Shown here piece by piece: positions 1-8,614 of a stretch of DNA of 64,000 nucleotides (positions within the stretch are counted from its first letter, which is position 1; the number at the start of each line of letters is the position of its first letter). The stretch lies in the NCBI GenBank assembly GCA_963422735.1, contig OY730476.1, positions 3,424,001 to 3,488,000 on the forward strand, given 5' to 3'. Position numbers and translations under genes: made by a program. Below the pieces are notes generated by a model. The model saw only the letters and a list, made by a program, of their open reading frames with translations. It made no database searches and was not told the DNA's origin. The DNA comes from Candidatus Latescibacterota bacterium. GTDB lineage: Bacteria; Latescibacterota; UBA2968; UBA8231.

Positions 1-19
1 GATAACTAAGGAGCAGCGA

Positions 20-214
20 ATGCCACCTATCGAAAAAGCTCGCATCGAACGCGCCGCACGGATATATCGCAGCAACCGCGAGGCCGCCGCCTTGGGCATT
101 GCCCCGGGCAGCTTCAGCCGCCGGTGTCGCCGCTACGACATTGAGACGCCGCAAAAACGCCAGCGCCGCCAGCGTGAAACGAGGAAGGCCGAGCAGACCC
201 AGTGCTTGATCTAA
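20..214 (+). CDS. small HTH-like DNA-binding protein of the integrated element
   Basis: AAGGAG RBS at 8-13; 64 aa basic protein with Fis-like pattern 'REAAALGIAPGSFSRRCRRY'; directly upstream of the excisionase. Confidence 0.6.
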   Translation: MPPIEKARIERAARIYRSNREAAALGIAPGSFSRRCRRYDIETPQKRQRRQRETRKAEQTQCLI

Positions 215-225
215 AGGAGAAGCCG

Positions 226-429
226 ATGAGCGAACTAACGAATGAAAAACTGATGTCGGTCGCCGAAGTGGCCGACTATCTGGCTGCGCCGGCGCGCACG
301 GTGCGCTACTGGGCGCAAAAGAAGATATTGCCCGCCCTGCAACTGCCTAATGGTCAGTACCGTTTTCGACGCCGCGACCTCGACCGGTTCCTATACCGTT
401 GCCGCATCCCACCCCCCTCCTCTCAGTAG
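226..429 (+). CDS. excisionase-like helix-turn-helix protein (HTH_17)
   Basis: AAGGAG RBS at 214-219 before ATG 226; 'LMSVAEVADYL...TVRYW...LPA...GQYRFRRRDLDRFL'; convergent with the integrase. Confidence 0.85.
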   Translation: MSELTNEKLMSVAEVADYLAAPARTVRYWAQKKILPALQLPNGQYRFRRRDLDRFLYRCRIPPPSSQ

Positions 430-1634
430 GCCAACGCGTCGGTCGGATGGGCTTCAGGCTGGAGCGCATGGAGGTAGTGCAGCGTAGTATCTAGGCGCGA
501 ATGCCCCATCCGCGCCATGACCGTGGCCGGATCGACCCCAGCCCGCAACAGCATCGTCGCATACGTGTGCCGAAGCGAGTAGATCGTTATCGACGCATCC
601 AAGCCCTCTTGCTCGATCATATGCACAAACGGACGACGCAGGCTACTAAACGACAGCGGACGGCCTCGATACTGGGGTTGTCGCCTACTACCCGCCACCA
701 GCACAAAAGGCCCCAAAAGCCCCGCCTTGCTCTGCCGGTGATGCTCCTGTTGCCAAAATTCAACGAAGGGTGCTTTCACGTCGAGTACGCGCAACTCGGC
801 ATCTTTAGGCGTCCACCGCTGCCCCGTCGGCGATACCGCCGCCTGCACGGAGAGCACCCGGCGCTCCACGTCCAACCACTGCCACTGACACCAGCACATC
901 TCCTCGTTTCTCAGGCCGGCATACAACCCCAACCGCACCACCATCGGCAGTGCCCCACTCAGAGGTCGGGTGTAGTGCAAGGAGGCCTTGAGCAGATGGT
1001 TGACCTCCTCCAAGCTGAGGATGCGCCGCGGCACGGTCCGCCGCGGGGTAGGCACGGATACCCGACGAGCCGGGTTTTCTCCCAGCATGCCTAACCGTAC
1101 CGCTTGGTCCAAAAGCAGCCGCAGCTTCGTCAGCTTGTGATGTACCGTCCAAGGCGAGTAGCGTTGGCCCTGCCCCTCCAGCCAAGTAGCCAGATCCGCC
1201 TCGGTCATATCTAAGCGCGGATGGGCTTCCTGCAGCCAGCCTAGGACGCAGTCGGCCAGCCCCATGTGATTGCGATGGCTTTTGCGGGTGGCATCGCCGG
1301 CTTTGGAGTGAGTCAGCGCGTAGTTTTCGTAGGCGGCTCGAAGCGTGGTAAAATCTACGGCCTGCCTCGTCGCCGGTCCGCCCGCCGTCTGCCAAGCAAT
1401 GAAGGTTAAGGCCGCCTCTTCTCTTTTTAGCCAGCCCCGGCCAATCCATTCGGTAATCTGGTCAGCGGAGGCCACCCCTGTGCGCGTGGCCTCTTCCAGC
1501 CGCTCCAACTGGCGCTTGAGAAAGCCGGCGGCTTGGCGGCTTTTCAGGTAGCGAGAGCGGTACTTTTTTTCGTCCGGCAGGGCAACCGAATAGCTGACCC
1601 GCCAGTAGGAACCTGTCTTTTTGACCGAGGCCAT
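423..1634 (-). CDS. tyrosine recombinase/integrase
   Basis: catalytic motifs GLRNEE, YSLRHTYAT, MGHS, TTLHY; next to tRNA 3' end. Confidence 0.95.
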   Translation of the reverse strand: MASVKKTGSYWRVSYSVALPDEKKYRSRYLKSRQAAGFLKRQLERLEEATRTGVASADQITEWIGRGWLKREEAALTFIAWQTAGGPATRQAVDFTTLRAAYENYALTHSKAGDATRKSHRNHMGLADCVLGWLQEAHPRLDMTEADLATWLEGQGQRYSPWTVHHKLTKLRLLLDQAVRLGMLGENPARRVSVPTPRRTVPRRILSLEEVNHLLKASLHYTRPLSGALPMVVRLGLYAGLRNEEMCWCQWQWLDVERRVLSVQAAVSPTGQRWTPKDAELRVLDVKAPFVEFWQQEHHRQSKAGLLGPFVLVAGSRRQPQYRGRPLSFSSLRRPFVHMIEQEGLDASITIYSLRHTYATMLLRAGVDPATVMARMGHSRLDTTLHYLHALQPEAHPTDALAY

Positions 1635-1791
1635 TCTGCCTCCGAAAAAGTTGCCACAAGATTATCACAAGAAAAAGGCTCGCGTAGCTGCCTTAACGCT
1701 ACTATGACTGCCCTTATTGCCGCAACTGCCGATTGGAGAGAAGATAGGGTGCGGTGAGGTGAATCACAAGGAAAAACAAGGAGATAGAAGA

Positions 1792-1815
1792 AAGCCCCTG
1801 AAAAATCAGGGGCTT
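1792..1815 (-). terminator. intrinsic terminator downstream of tRNA-Val
   Basis: perfect 10-bp inverted repeat AAGCCCCTGA/TCAGGGGCTT followed by a T-rich run on the minus strand. Confidence 0.75.
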
Positions 1816-1821
1816 AGAAGA

Positions 1822-1898
1822 TGGTGGGCGATACTAGACTTGAACTAGTGACCTCCTGCATGTCAAGCAGGCGCTCTAGCCAGCTGAGCTAATCGCCC
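1822..1898 (-). tRNA. tRNA-Val(GAC)
   Basis: reverse complement GGGCGATTAGCTCAGCTGG...CCTGCTT-GAC-ATGCAGG...GTTCAAGT...TCGCCCACCA; cloverleaf with encoded CCA. Confidence 0.97.
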
Positions 1899-1927
1899 TT
1901 ATGTTGCCTAATTACAGACAGGCCAAT

Positions 1928-1956
1928 AATATATTCCAGCATACCAACTGCGTCAA
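1928..1956 (-). promoter_or_regulatory. sigma70 promoter of tRNA-Val
   Basis: TTGACG-17 bp-TATATT on the minus strand, about 30 bp upstream of the tRNA. Confidence 0.7.
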
Positions 1957-1979
1957 GATCGCGCCAAGAGGAGAGCAAA

Positions 1980-3032
1980 ATGCTTACTACCTACCGAGTT
2001 GGACTCATCGGCTGCGGGCGCATGGGTGCCACTATTGACGACGAAGTCAAAGGCCGCCCCGATGCCCAACTCTATCTACCGTATTCGCACGCGGCGGCAA
2101 TAGTCGCTTGCGAGCGCATGGAACTGGTCGCCGTCTGCGACCCGATTGAGGTGAAGGCCGAACGCATCCGCGCCCGCTACGGTGCCCAACGAGCTTATGC
2201 CGATTACAGGGAAATGATTGAGCGCGAAAATCTCGACGTGGTCAGCATTGCCACCCGGCCAGGTACTCACGCCGAGCAGGTGATTTTCGCCGCCGAAGCC
2301 GGCGTCAAAGGCATCTATTGCGAGAAGGCACTGTGCAACGCCGTCCACGAGATGGACGCAATGCTGCAAGTTTGCACACCGCGAGGCGTCAAATTCAACT
2401 ACGGTACGCAGCGGCGTTATGCTGCACTCTACCGCCATGCGCGCACCATGATCGAGCGCGGCGACATCGGTCAGATGCAGACGGTCGTGGCCCACTGCGG
2501 GATCAGCGCGGCGCAGTGGGGGCACACGCACGCGGCGGACATGATGCTCTTTTTTGCGCTGGACGCAGAGGCAGAATTCGCCCAAGGGACGGTGCAGGCA
2601 GAGGCCGCGGATTGGGAGGGCGACCGGCTGACCGTAGATCCGAGGGTCAACAATGGATATGTAAAGTTCAAAAACGGAGTTCACGCCTACTTGGTGGGTG
2701 CGCCCGGCTGGGAATTTGAAATCAGCGGCACCGAGGGTCAGCTACGCACCCTGAGCAATGGGATGGGCTATAGCCTGCGCAAGAAAGACGAGCATGGGGA
2801 ATTGCGCCCGGTGGCCGCGTCCGAAGCTCTCGTTGAGAGCGGTACGCTGCGCGGGATGGAGGACATCGTCCGGGCACTCGACGAGGACGGCGATACCCAA
2901 GGCAATCTGCCGCTCGCTTGTCGCAGCCAAGAGCTAATTTTCGCGATTGTCGAGTCGCATCGGCAGGGCGGGGCACGGGTGGCCTTGCCGTTGGAGAACC
3001 GGGCTTTATCGATTGCTCCAGATCACTACTAG
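1980..3032 (+). CDS. Gfo/Idh/MocA family oxidoreductase
   Basis: N-terminal GLIGCGRMG, 'DVVSIAT', 'IYCEKAL'; GAGGAG RBS. Confidence 0.9.
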   Translation: MLTTYRVGLIGCGRMGATIDDEVKGRPDAQLYLPYSHAAAIVACERMELVAVCDPIEVKAERIRARYGAQRAYADYREMIERENLDVVSIATRPGTHAEQVIFAAEAGVKGIYCEKALCNAVHEMDAMLQVCTPRGVKFNYGTQRRYAALYRHARTMIERGDIGQMQTVVAHCGISAAQWGHTHAADMMLFFALDAEAEFAQGTVQAEAADWEGDRLTVDPRVNNGYVKFKNGVHAYLVGAPGWEFEISGTEGQLRTLSNGMGYSLRKKDEHGELRPVAASEALVESGTLRGMEDIVRALDEDGDTQGNLPLACRSQELIFAIVESHRQGGARVALPLENRALSIAPDHY

Positions 3033-3037
3033 CGCCA

Positions 3038-3449
3038 ATGCAGATCAGCGCCGTCTCCTGCGAGAAACATCGCAACTCAGCACTCGAAGCCGCCGGGCAG
3101 GAATATATCGAGCGACTCTCGCGACAGGTGTGGGTCGCGCTCTGCTTAGGCAGGCGCGGGTCGGCCTGCCGGGTCGGCTGTTGAAAGGGACGTATGTCGT
3201 CGGTCGTACGTGGAAGGAGAGCCTTTCACCTCTGAGCAGTTGGCGCAGTGGCCTCAGCGGCTCATGAACCAAGGCCACTCGCACTTAGTGCTAGTAATAG
3301 GAGGGGCCGAGGGAATGCCGGCGGGGTAGAGTCTCAAATACAAGAGCAGTGGTCGCTGGCTTTTTCCCACCAGCTAGCGCGCCTACTATTGTTGGAAACC
3401 CTGTATCGGTCCTTTGACCTTTTTAAGCGGCGGACAGTGCCACAAATAG
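3038..3449 (+). pseudogene. rlmH: 23S rRNA pseudouridine methyltransferase RlmH, frameshifted
   Basis: N-terminal 'MQISAV...QEYIERLS' and C-terminal 'FSHQLARLLLLETLYRSF..GGQCHK*' lie in different frames. Confidence 0.75.
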
Positions 3450-3458
3450 CCGCACCGC

Positions 3459-4586
3459 TTAAAAGTATATCATTAGCTTGTCCCAAAACCCCATGCGGCC
3501 GATGCTCTTTTCAGCGTGGATGGGCACCACGGCCAGTAGGCTATCGCCCAGCGAGACCCGCAGCTTGCCCAGTTCGTCGCCGGCAGCAACCGGTGCTGGA
3601 AATTCCTCGGGCAGATCTAGGTGGCGGACGATCTGTTTCTCCTGTTTGGGGGTGAGCACAGCGACTATGGTGTCTTGGGCCAAAACGCGCACCTCTGGTT
3701 CGACTCCCCAGTCCAGCACGACCTTGCCCATCAGTTCGCCGGTTTCGACGATGGGCACGCGCGAGAAGTTATTAAAGCCCCAGCTTAGCAGGCGGCGGGT
3801 CTCCCGGCTGCGGACGCGCGCGGATGGAGCACCCAAGATCACGGAGATCAGGCGCATCTCGTGGCGCTCGGCCGTGGCGACCAGACAGTACCCGGCGCGT
3901 CGAGTATAGCCGGTTTTAAACCCGTCAATGCCCCGGAACCTCCCTAGGAGTTTGTTGGTGGCGCGGAGTATAAACTTGCCGTTGCGGAACGGCTTGGAGC
4001 GAATGGAGGACCAAGCCAAAATTTCGGGGTACACCAAGAGCGCACGGGCAATTTTGGAGAGGTCGCGGGCCGTAGTGATGTTGCCGTTGTCGCGAGGGGT
4101 ATCGTCGAGACCATGCACGTTGACGTAGTGCGTGTGGGTCATGCCGAGGCTTTGTGCTCGGCTGTTCATCAGATCGACGAAGCCCTCGGCCGAGCCGCCG
4201 ATGTGCTCGGCGATGGCGACGCAGGCGTCGTTGGCCGAGACGATGACGACAGCTTCCATGAGCTGTTCCAGCGTAAAGACTTCGCCCTGAGCTAGATAGA
4301 CCTGAGAGCCGCCGGTTTTGGCGGCGCGGCGGGAGGCTTGGATCGGGTCGTCCAGCGAGACCTTACCGGCTGTGACTAAGTCCATGACCACCAGCTCGAG
4401 CATCAGTTTGAGGGTGCTGGCGGGCGAGCGCTGCAAATCTGGGTTGTGGGCGAAGAGTACGGCACCGCTTTCGGCTTCGAGCAAGATGGCGGCGGCATAC
4501 GGCGGGTTCGGGCCGGGGTCGAAGACAGCGGCTTGAAGCGGTACATACGACAGACATACGGCGACACACAGCGAGCGAATGTACAT
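3459..4586 (-). CDS. dacA: D-alanyl-D-alanine carboxypeptidase (peptidase S11)
   Basis: signal peptide; PASTLK (SxxK), SAN (SxN), KTG motifs; PBP5-type C-terminal domain. Confidence 0.92.
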   Translation of the reverse strand: MYIRSLCVAVCLSYVPLQAAVFDPGPNPPYAAAILLEAESGAVLFAHNPDLQRSPASTLKLMLELVVMDLVTAGKVSLDDPIQASRRAAKTGGSQVYLAQGEVFTLEQLMEAVVIVSANDACVAIAEHIGGSAEGFVDLMNSRAQSLGMTHTHYVNVHGLDDTPRDNGNITTARDLSKIARALLVYPEILAWSSIRSKPFRNGKFILRATNKLLGRFRGIDGFKTGYTRRAGYCLVATAERHEMRLISVILGAPSARVRSRETRRLLSWGFNNFSRVPIVETGELMGKVVLDWGVEPEVRVLAQDTIVAVLTPKQEKQIVRHLDLPEEFPAPVAAGDELGKLRVSLGDSLLAVVPIHAEKSIGRMGFWDKLMIYF

Positions 4587-4776
4587 TGTCTCTCTCGATC
4601 AAAAAGCGGACGGGGATTACAAAACGCGGGGACTACAAAACGAAAACGGGGTGATTCCAAATGTAATAGTTTAGGCATTTTAGGTCAATCACCGATCTAA
4701 CAGTAGGCGAGAAAAGCGTTGCACCATTTGCTCACGAGGACCAGCGGAGTACTTCTAGACCCAGAAAGGACGACTT

Positions 4777-5760
4777 ATGACTGCGGCAACCATGCCTCAA
4801 CTCACGTATAGCGGCAAGCCGATCGCCATGGATCAGGTAGGCGAGCTCCACCGCTCGGATGATATAATCGACGATCGGGACGCACTCTGGGAGCGGATGG
4901 AAGAAGACGGGTATTTGTTTTTGCCTAAGTATTTGGACCGACGCGAAGTGTTGGCGGCGCGGGCAGAATTGTGCGATCGCCTCTTCAAGTCCGGGGTGCT
5001 AGACCCGGCCCGTCCGCCCATGGAAGGCGTAGTGACCACGGGCAAGACGATCAATCCGGCCGCCACTGGCCCGTTTATGCCAATTTTAGCGCGCAACAAC
5101 CCACCTCTGGACCAGGTACTCTACGACGGCCCGATGATGGCCTTTTACGAGTTCTTCTTAGGAGGTCCCGTCCGGCATTACGACTACACTTGGTTCCGCG
5201 CCAAGCAGCCGGGTGCGCACACGGCGACGACCCCGCATTGCGACATCGTCTATATGGGCCGGGGGACCAAGGAGCTTTATACGTCGTGGACGCCCTTCAG
5301 CGACGTGCCCTACGAGATGGGGGGGCTGATGGTGTTGGAGGGGTCGCACAAGGACAAAGCCCTGAAACAAGGCTACGGCCAGACCGATGTGGATGCGTTT
5401 TGCGAAAATGACGGCCCAGCAGCGGGCCAAATCGTCGCGGCCGCTCAAGAGCAGGGTCGCGAGTTGACACAAAAAGAACGCGAGCAAATTCGCTGGAATT
5501 CGTCTGGAGCCTACTCGCACGACGCGATTGCCGTGCGCGAGGAACTGCAGGGCCGCTGGCTGACGACCGAGTACCAGATGGGGGATTTACTGATCTTCTG
5601 CATGTATTTGTTGCACGCTAGCTCAGACAACCAGACGGACCGCATTCGCCTCTCCTCCGATACGCGCTACCAGCGTTCACACGAGTCAATAGACGAGCGC
5701 TGGATCGGCGACGACCCGCCCGCGCACGGCATCCGCGCCAAGCGGGGCATGGTGTGCTGA
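4777..5760 (+). CDS. phytanoyl-CoA dioxygenase (PhyH) family Fe(II)/2OG dioxygenase
   Basis: 'EEDGYLFL', HCD...H triad, 'GGLMVLEGSH', 'RLSSDTRYQ'. Confidence 0.9.
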   Translation: MTAATMPQLTYSGKPIAMDQVGELHRSDDIIDDRDALWERMEEDGYLFLPKYLDRREVLAARAELCDRLFKSGVLDPARPPMEGVVTTGKTINPAATGPFMPILARNNPPLDQVLYDGPMMAFYEFFLGGPVRHYDYTWFRAKQPGAHTATTPHCDIVYMGRGTKELYTSWTPFSDVPYEMGGLMVLEGSHKDKALKQGYGQTDVDAFCENDGPAAGQIVAAAQEQGRELTQKEREQIRWNSSGAYSHDAIAVREELQGRWLTTEYQMGDLLIFCMYLLHASSDNQTDRIRLSSDTRYQRSHESIDERWIGDDPPAHGIRAKRGMVC

Positions 5761-6351
5761 TTAGTTTACGGATGGATCTTTGGGAAATACGGAGATGGGG
5801 CGATATTTGCCCCCCATAGAATAGAGGACTGATTGCCAGATGGTTTCGGGCGTGGGCGCGAGAGCTAGCTCGGAGTCGCCCGGGGCCAAAAACCAAGTGC
5901 CAGCGCTAATCTCGGATTCGAGCTGACCCGGCTCCCAGCCGGCATGGCCCAAGTAGAACCGCAGCCGCGGCGCGTCGGCCCGGAAAACTTCAGCGTCGGC
6001 GGACTTGATATCGAGGTTGCCGCCTAAATAGAGGCCGTCGAGAATTTTCGTCCCCCCCTCGACTAAGCCGTCGAGCCGGTGCAAAAAGAAAAGATAGCGC
6101 TGGTGCACTGGCCCGCCCTGATAGAATATCTGCCCCAACTCCGCACACGCATCTTCGCCGCCCGCGAGGTGTTGTAGGGAGTCAGTCGCATAACGCCGCA
6201 CCCGCTCGCCGAGGGGCTGGTTGAGCACCAAACCCATGGTGATGTCTTCTTCCCTATAGTGGGTAATGAGCACGACCGTGCGGTCGAAGGCAGGCGCTTC
6301 GACCGCGGGAGTAGCGACTAACAGGGTGCCGGTTTGGAGCGGTGCGGGCAT
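5761..6351 (-). CDS. YqgE/AlgH family protein
   Basis: 'LLVATP...FDRTVVLI', 'GGPV', 'FYLGHAGWEPGQLESEI'. Confidence 0.9.
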   Translation of the reverse strand: MPAPLQTGTLLVATPAVEAPAFDRTVVLITHYREEDITMGLVLNQPLGERVRRYATDSLQHLAGGEDACAELGQIFYQGGPVHQRYLFFLHRLDGLVEGGTKILDGLYLGGNLDIKSADAEVFRADAPRLRFYLGHAGWEPGQLESEISAGTWFLAPGDSELALAPTPETIWQSVLYSMGGKYRPISVFPKDPSVN

Positions 6352-6419
6352 GACAGGTATCAGGTATAGCGAGTGCTGCTATGGACTATAATAAAGGTCG
6401 AGTGGCAAAACAACTTCCC

Positions 6420-7577
6420 TCAAGAGTAAGCCAAGTAACGGCGGCGAATAGCGTCAAAGGCTTGGCACGCCTCCGTCCAAGCAGCCTGCAACTCGGCAAC
6501 GGTTGCACCCGCGTCGAGTGCGCGGCGGATCTGGTCGGTGCCGGCGAGGCGGTCGAAGTTGTGGATGCCGCCGGCGGGCACGCGCCAGGCGAATTCGCTC
6601 GGGTAGAGCCGACGCACGGCCGCGAGTGCCTCGAAGCCAACGCCGATAGGCTCGAAGGTTACGCGATCGAGGACGTGGACTTGGACGCCTTCGCAGATCT
6701 CGCCCGCGTACTTGCCGGCCGCCGGCTGGAAAAACACCGGGCGGAAGCCCACCCCAGGTAGTGCTCGGTTGTTGAGCGCGTCAGCTAGGCGCACCCCATA
6801 GATAAATGGTGCGCCAAACTGCTCAAAAGGCTTGGCGGTCCCCCGTCCTTCAGACACGTTCGTCCCCTCGAAGAAACAGGTTCCCGGATAGATTACCGCC
6901 GTCTCCGGGCTAGGCATGTTGGGCGATGGCAGCACCCACGGCAGGCCGGTGTCCTCCCAGTAAAAGGAGCGTCGCCAGCCCTCCATGGCGATGACGTGCA
7001 GTTCCGCACCGATTCCGTATTCCTCGTTGAAGACTCGGGCGAGCTCGCCGATGCTCAGGCCGTAGCGCACTGGGATCGGGTACTGCCCGACGAAAGAGGC
7101 AAACGCCGGGTCGAGACAATTTCCGGCGATGGCTTGGCCGCCAATGGGGTTGGGGCGGTCGAGGACGAGGAAGGGAATGCCCGCTTGGGCGCAGGCGGCC
7201 ATGCTCAGGCTCATGGTGTAGAGATAGGTATAAAAACGTGCACCGACGTCTTGAATGTCAAAGAGCATTAGTTCGACGCCCGCGAGCATGGCCGCGTCCG
7301 GTGCCCGCGTTTGGCCGTAGAGGCTGTAGGTTGGTACGCCGGTGCGGTCATCGGTGGAATGGGCGATGTGCTCGCCGTCCTGTGCTGCGCCGCGGATCCC
7401 GTGCTCCGGCCCGTACAAGGCGATGAGCGTACAGAGATCGGATTGGTGCAGCCGGTCTGCTGTGGACTGCAGGTGCGCATCGACTCCTGAGTGATTGGTA
7501 ATCAGGCCGACGCGCCGTCCGCGGATCAGGTCAGCGTCCGCGAGCAGGCGTTCGCACCCGAGGACGACGCGGCTCAT
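6420..7577 (-). CDS. namZ: exo-beta-N-acetylmuramidase NamZ (DUF1343)
   Basis: 'GLITNHSG', 'PEHG', 'DIQDVGARFYTY', 'LDRPNP', 'SEGRGT'; start placed at 7577 by ATGA overlap with the upstream GT2 stop. Confidence 0.9.
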   Translation of the reverse strand: MSRVVLGCERLLADADLIRGRRVGLITNHSGVDAHLQSTADRLHQSDLCTLIALYGPEHGIRGAAQDGEHIAHSTDDRTGVPTYSLYGQTRAPDAAMLAGVELMLFDIQDVGARFYTYLYTMSLSMAACAQAGIPFLVLDRPNPIGGQAIAGNCLDPAFASFVGQYPIPVRYGLSIGELARVFNEEYGIGAELHVIAMEGWRRSFYWEDTGLPWVLPSPNMPSPETAVIYPGTCFFEGTNVSEGRGTAKPFEQFGAPFIYGVRLADALNNRALPGVGFRPVFFQPAAGKYAGEICEGVQVHVLDRVTFEPIGVGFEALAAVRRLYPSEFAWRVPAGGIHNFDRLAGTDQIRRALDAGATVAELQAAWTEACQAFDAIRRRYLAYS

Positions 7578-8614
7578 TGGGCTGCACCCGGCTCGGGCAC
7601 GAGAGCGGAGGCGCGCTGGACGCGGCGAGCAAAGTACTGGTAGTGGACGCTGCCCGAATAGACGCCGTCGCGTGCGACTGATGCGCAGCGGATGGCTCGG
7701 CTCTGGCGGCGGCGGCGATAGATATTGCGCGGATGCGCGAGGCACCAAAGCAAGGCGGCACAAGGGGCCGGTGCGCTGGACCACCGGCCTCGGCGGATGT
7801 AGTAGAGTACGGCCAACACCTCCAACCACAGGCGCAAGGGCAGCAGCCACAGCAGGCGGCTCAGCCCTGCGTTTTTGCACAGCGTGATGAGGCTATTGCG
7901 ATGGTTGAAGTACGTCTTGCGGTAGGTGGCTGGAGGCTGGGAAAAGCCCGAGTAATGAAAAACCACGGATTGCGGCACGGCGCGGATCTGGTAACCAGCG
8001 AGTTGGAGACGCCAACACAAGTCGATTTCCTCAAAGTGCATGAAGTACTCGGGGTCGAAAAATCCAGCTTGGCGCACCGCAGAGACGCGGAGGAAGAGGG
8101 CTGCGCCGCAGGCCCAAAAGAGCGGTACGGACGCATCGTATTGGCCCTCGTCGCGCTCGCAGCAGTCGAAGATCCGCCCCCGACAAAAGGCGTATCCCAA
8201 GGCGTCGATATAGCCGCCAGCCCCGCCTCCGTAGTCGAAGTGCTCGGGCGCGCTGGCCGAGCGCAGCTTGGGCTGGCAGGCGGCGATCCGGGGGTTGCTG
8301 TCGGCCATGGCGACGAGGGGGGCGAGCCAGTTAGGCTCGACGCGGGTGTCGTCGTTGAGCAGCACGGCATAGCGGGTGTGAGCGGCTGCCAAACCCCGGT
8401 TGCAGGCTGCGGCAAATCCGAGATTGCGCTCGTTGCGCAAAACTTCTAGCTCGGGAAAGGCGGCTTTGGCCCGCTGCAAGCTGGGCGCGTTGCCGCCGTC
8501 GTCAACGACGAGCACACAGACGGGATGATCGCTGTGTGCATAGACCGAGGCCAAGCAGTCGTAAAGCACGTCCGCGCGGTAGTGCGGGATGACGACGGTG
8601 ACGGCCTCGATCAT
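7574..8614 (-). CDS. glycosyltransferase family 2
   Basis: 'VVIPHY', 'VVDD', 'NLGFAAACN', 'LLNDD', 'YFMHFEEIDLCWR'. Confidence 0.92.
   Translation of the reverse strand: MIEAVTVVIPHYRADVLYDCLASVYAHSDHPVCVLVVDDGGNAPSLQRAKAAFPELEVLRNERNLGFAAACNRGLAAAHTRYAVLLNDDTRVEPNWLAPLVAMADSNPRIAACQPKLRSASAPEHFDYGGGAGGYIDALGYAFCRGRIFDCCERDEGQYDASVPLFWACGAALFLRVSAVRQAGFFDPEYFMHFEEIDLCWRLQLAGYQIRAVPQSVVFHYSGFSQPPATYRKTYFNHRNSLITLCKNAGLSRLLWLLPLRLWLEVLAVLYYIRRGRWSSAPAPCAALLWCLAHPRNIYRRRRQSRAIRCASVARDGVYSGSVHYQYFARRVQRASALVPEPGAAQ

Larger units (their letters stand above)
1..1830. mobile_element. right end of an integrative element/prophage inserted at the tRNA-Val 3' end (extends left beyond the window)
   Basis: integrase + xis starting about 190 bp downstream of tRNA-Val; second att copy not in window. 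Confidence 0.75.

Noticed and set aside
7578-7880. N-terminal extension of NamZ in the ORF track (also extensions of the 31407, 37355, 39239 and 62015 ORFs)
   Set aside because: They overlap neighbouring genes or precede a better start; downstream starts with RBS, ATGA coupling or a signal peptide fit the families better.
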